Position numbers and translations under genes: made by a program. The notes below the pieces were generated by a model. It worked only from the letters and a program-made list of their open reading frames with translations, did no database searches and was not told the origin of the DNA. Source: Candidatus Woesearchaeota archaeon (GTDB lineage: Archaea; Nanobdellota; Nanobdellia; SCGC-AAA011-G17; PNOQ01). Taken from it: a stretch of 64,000 nt of DNA. The stretch spans positions 25,343-89,342 of the forward strand of contig CAZCDH010000001.1 in assembly GCA_964497715.1 (NCBI GenBank), written 5' to 3'. Of this stretch, positions 63,711-64,000 are shown in pieces (the first letter of the stretch is position 1; each line of letters starts with the position of its first letter).

Positions 63711-64000
63711 TTAGCCGAATAGTGATCCTAGTCCGGCTGCAGCTTCTTCTTTCTTTTTCTCTTCCTTAGCTTCCTCTTCTTTAGCTTCTTCTTTGGATTC
63801 TTCTGCTTTTCCATCAGAGCTAGGAGCTGCGGAAACAGGTGTAACTGCGGCTTCTTTGATAGCTTGTTCTATATCTACACCATCTAGTGCTGCGACCAAA
63901 GCTTTCACTTTAGTTTCATCCACTGTAGCGCCAGCTGCTTCAAGAACCTTTTTTACGGATCCTTCGTTAACTTCTTTTCCTGCTTTATGCAATAATAATG
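63711..64000 (-). CDS. rpl12: 50S ribosomal protein L12 (acidic stalk, P1-like). It is partial; its N-terminus runs off the window end.
   Basis: …LLLHKAGKEVNEGSVKKVLEAAGATVDE…EEAAAGLGSLFG has the classic archaeal L12 C-terminus and an acidic KEE tail. The frame stays open to position 64000. Confidence 0.8.
   Translation of the reverse strand, partial: LLLHKAGKEVNEGSVKKVLEAAGATVDETKVKALVAALDGVDIEQAIKEAAVTPVSAAPSSDGKAEESKEEAKEEEAKEEKKKEEAAAGLGSLFG

Overview
This is a 64-kb, AT-rich (~30% GC) chromosomal segment that reads as archaeal, most likely from a small-genome DPANN-like archaeon. It uses the standard stop codons (TAA, TAG and TGA all terminate ORFs) and its genes are densely packed with many 4-nt ATGA/TAATG junctions. 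Most of the window is housekeeping. That includes both indirect tRNA-amidation systems (aspS, tRNA-Asn, gatCAB and a type-I asparaginase in a row, plus separate gatD and gatE genes), proS and a short alaS. It also includes glnA, archaeal UMP kinase, ftsZ, an ATP-dependent DNA ligase, a class II ribonucleotide reductase, iscS and iscU, transcription factor E, ribosomal proteins L15e and L12 (the latter partial), and six tRNAs. Around that are accessory or unusual parts. (1) An archaeal type IV pilus-like locus with five consecutive class-III-signal-peptide pilin genes and a FlaI/PilB-family ATPase (partial at the window start). (2) A free-standing LAGLIDADG homing endonuclease wedged between tRNA-Thr and tRNA-Leu, overlapping the tRNA-Thr 5' end. 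(3) A 45-bp perfect direct repeat bracketing about 0.9 kb of small hypothetical ORFs inside an agmatinase / PLP-decarboxylase / deoxyhypusine synthase (polyamine-hypusine) neighbourhood. (4) A surface tandem-repeat protein gene split at an (AT)6 tract. (5) A secreted mini RHS/YD-repeat-core polymorphic-toxin-like protein with an uncharacterised C-terminal domain, next to a small polytopic membrane protein with exosortase/archaeosortase-like Cys and Arg motifs and a large acidic surface protein with a C-terminal TM anchor. (6) Two genes (pyrH and a transglutaminase-like gene) whose conserved N-termini are encoded in frame downstream of a strong Shine-Dalgarno sequence but lack any ATG/GTG/TTG, which suggests ATA/ATT initiation. 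No CRISPR array and no rRNA were found.
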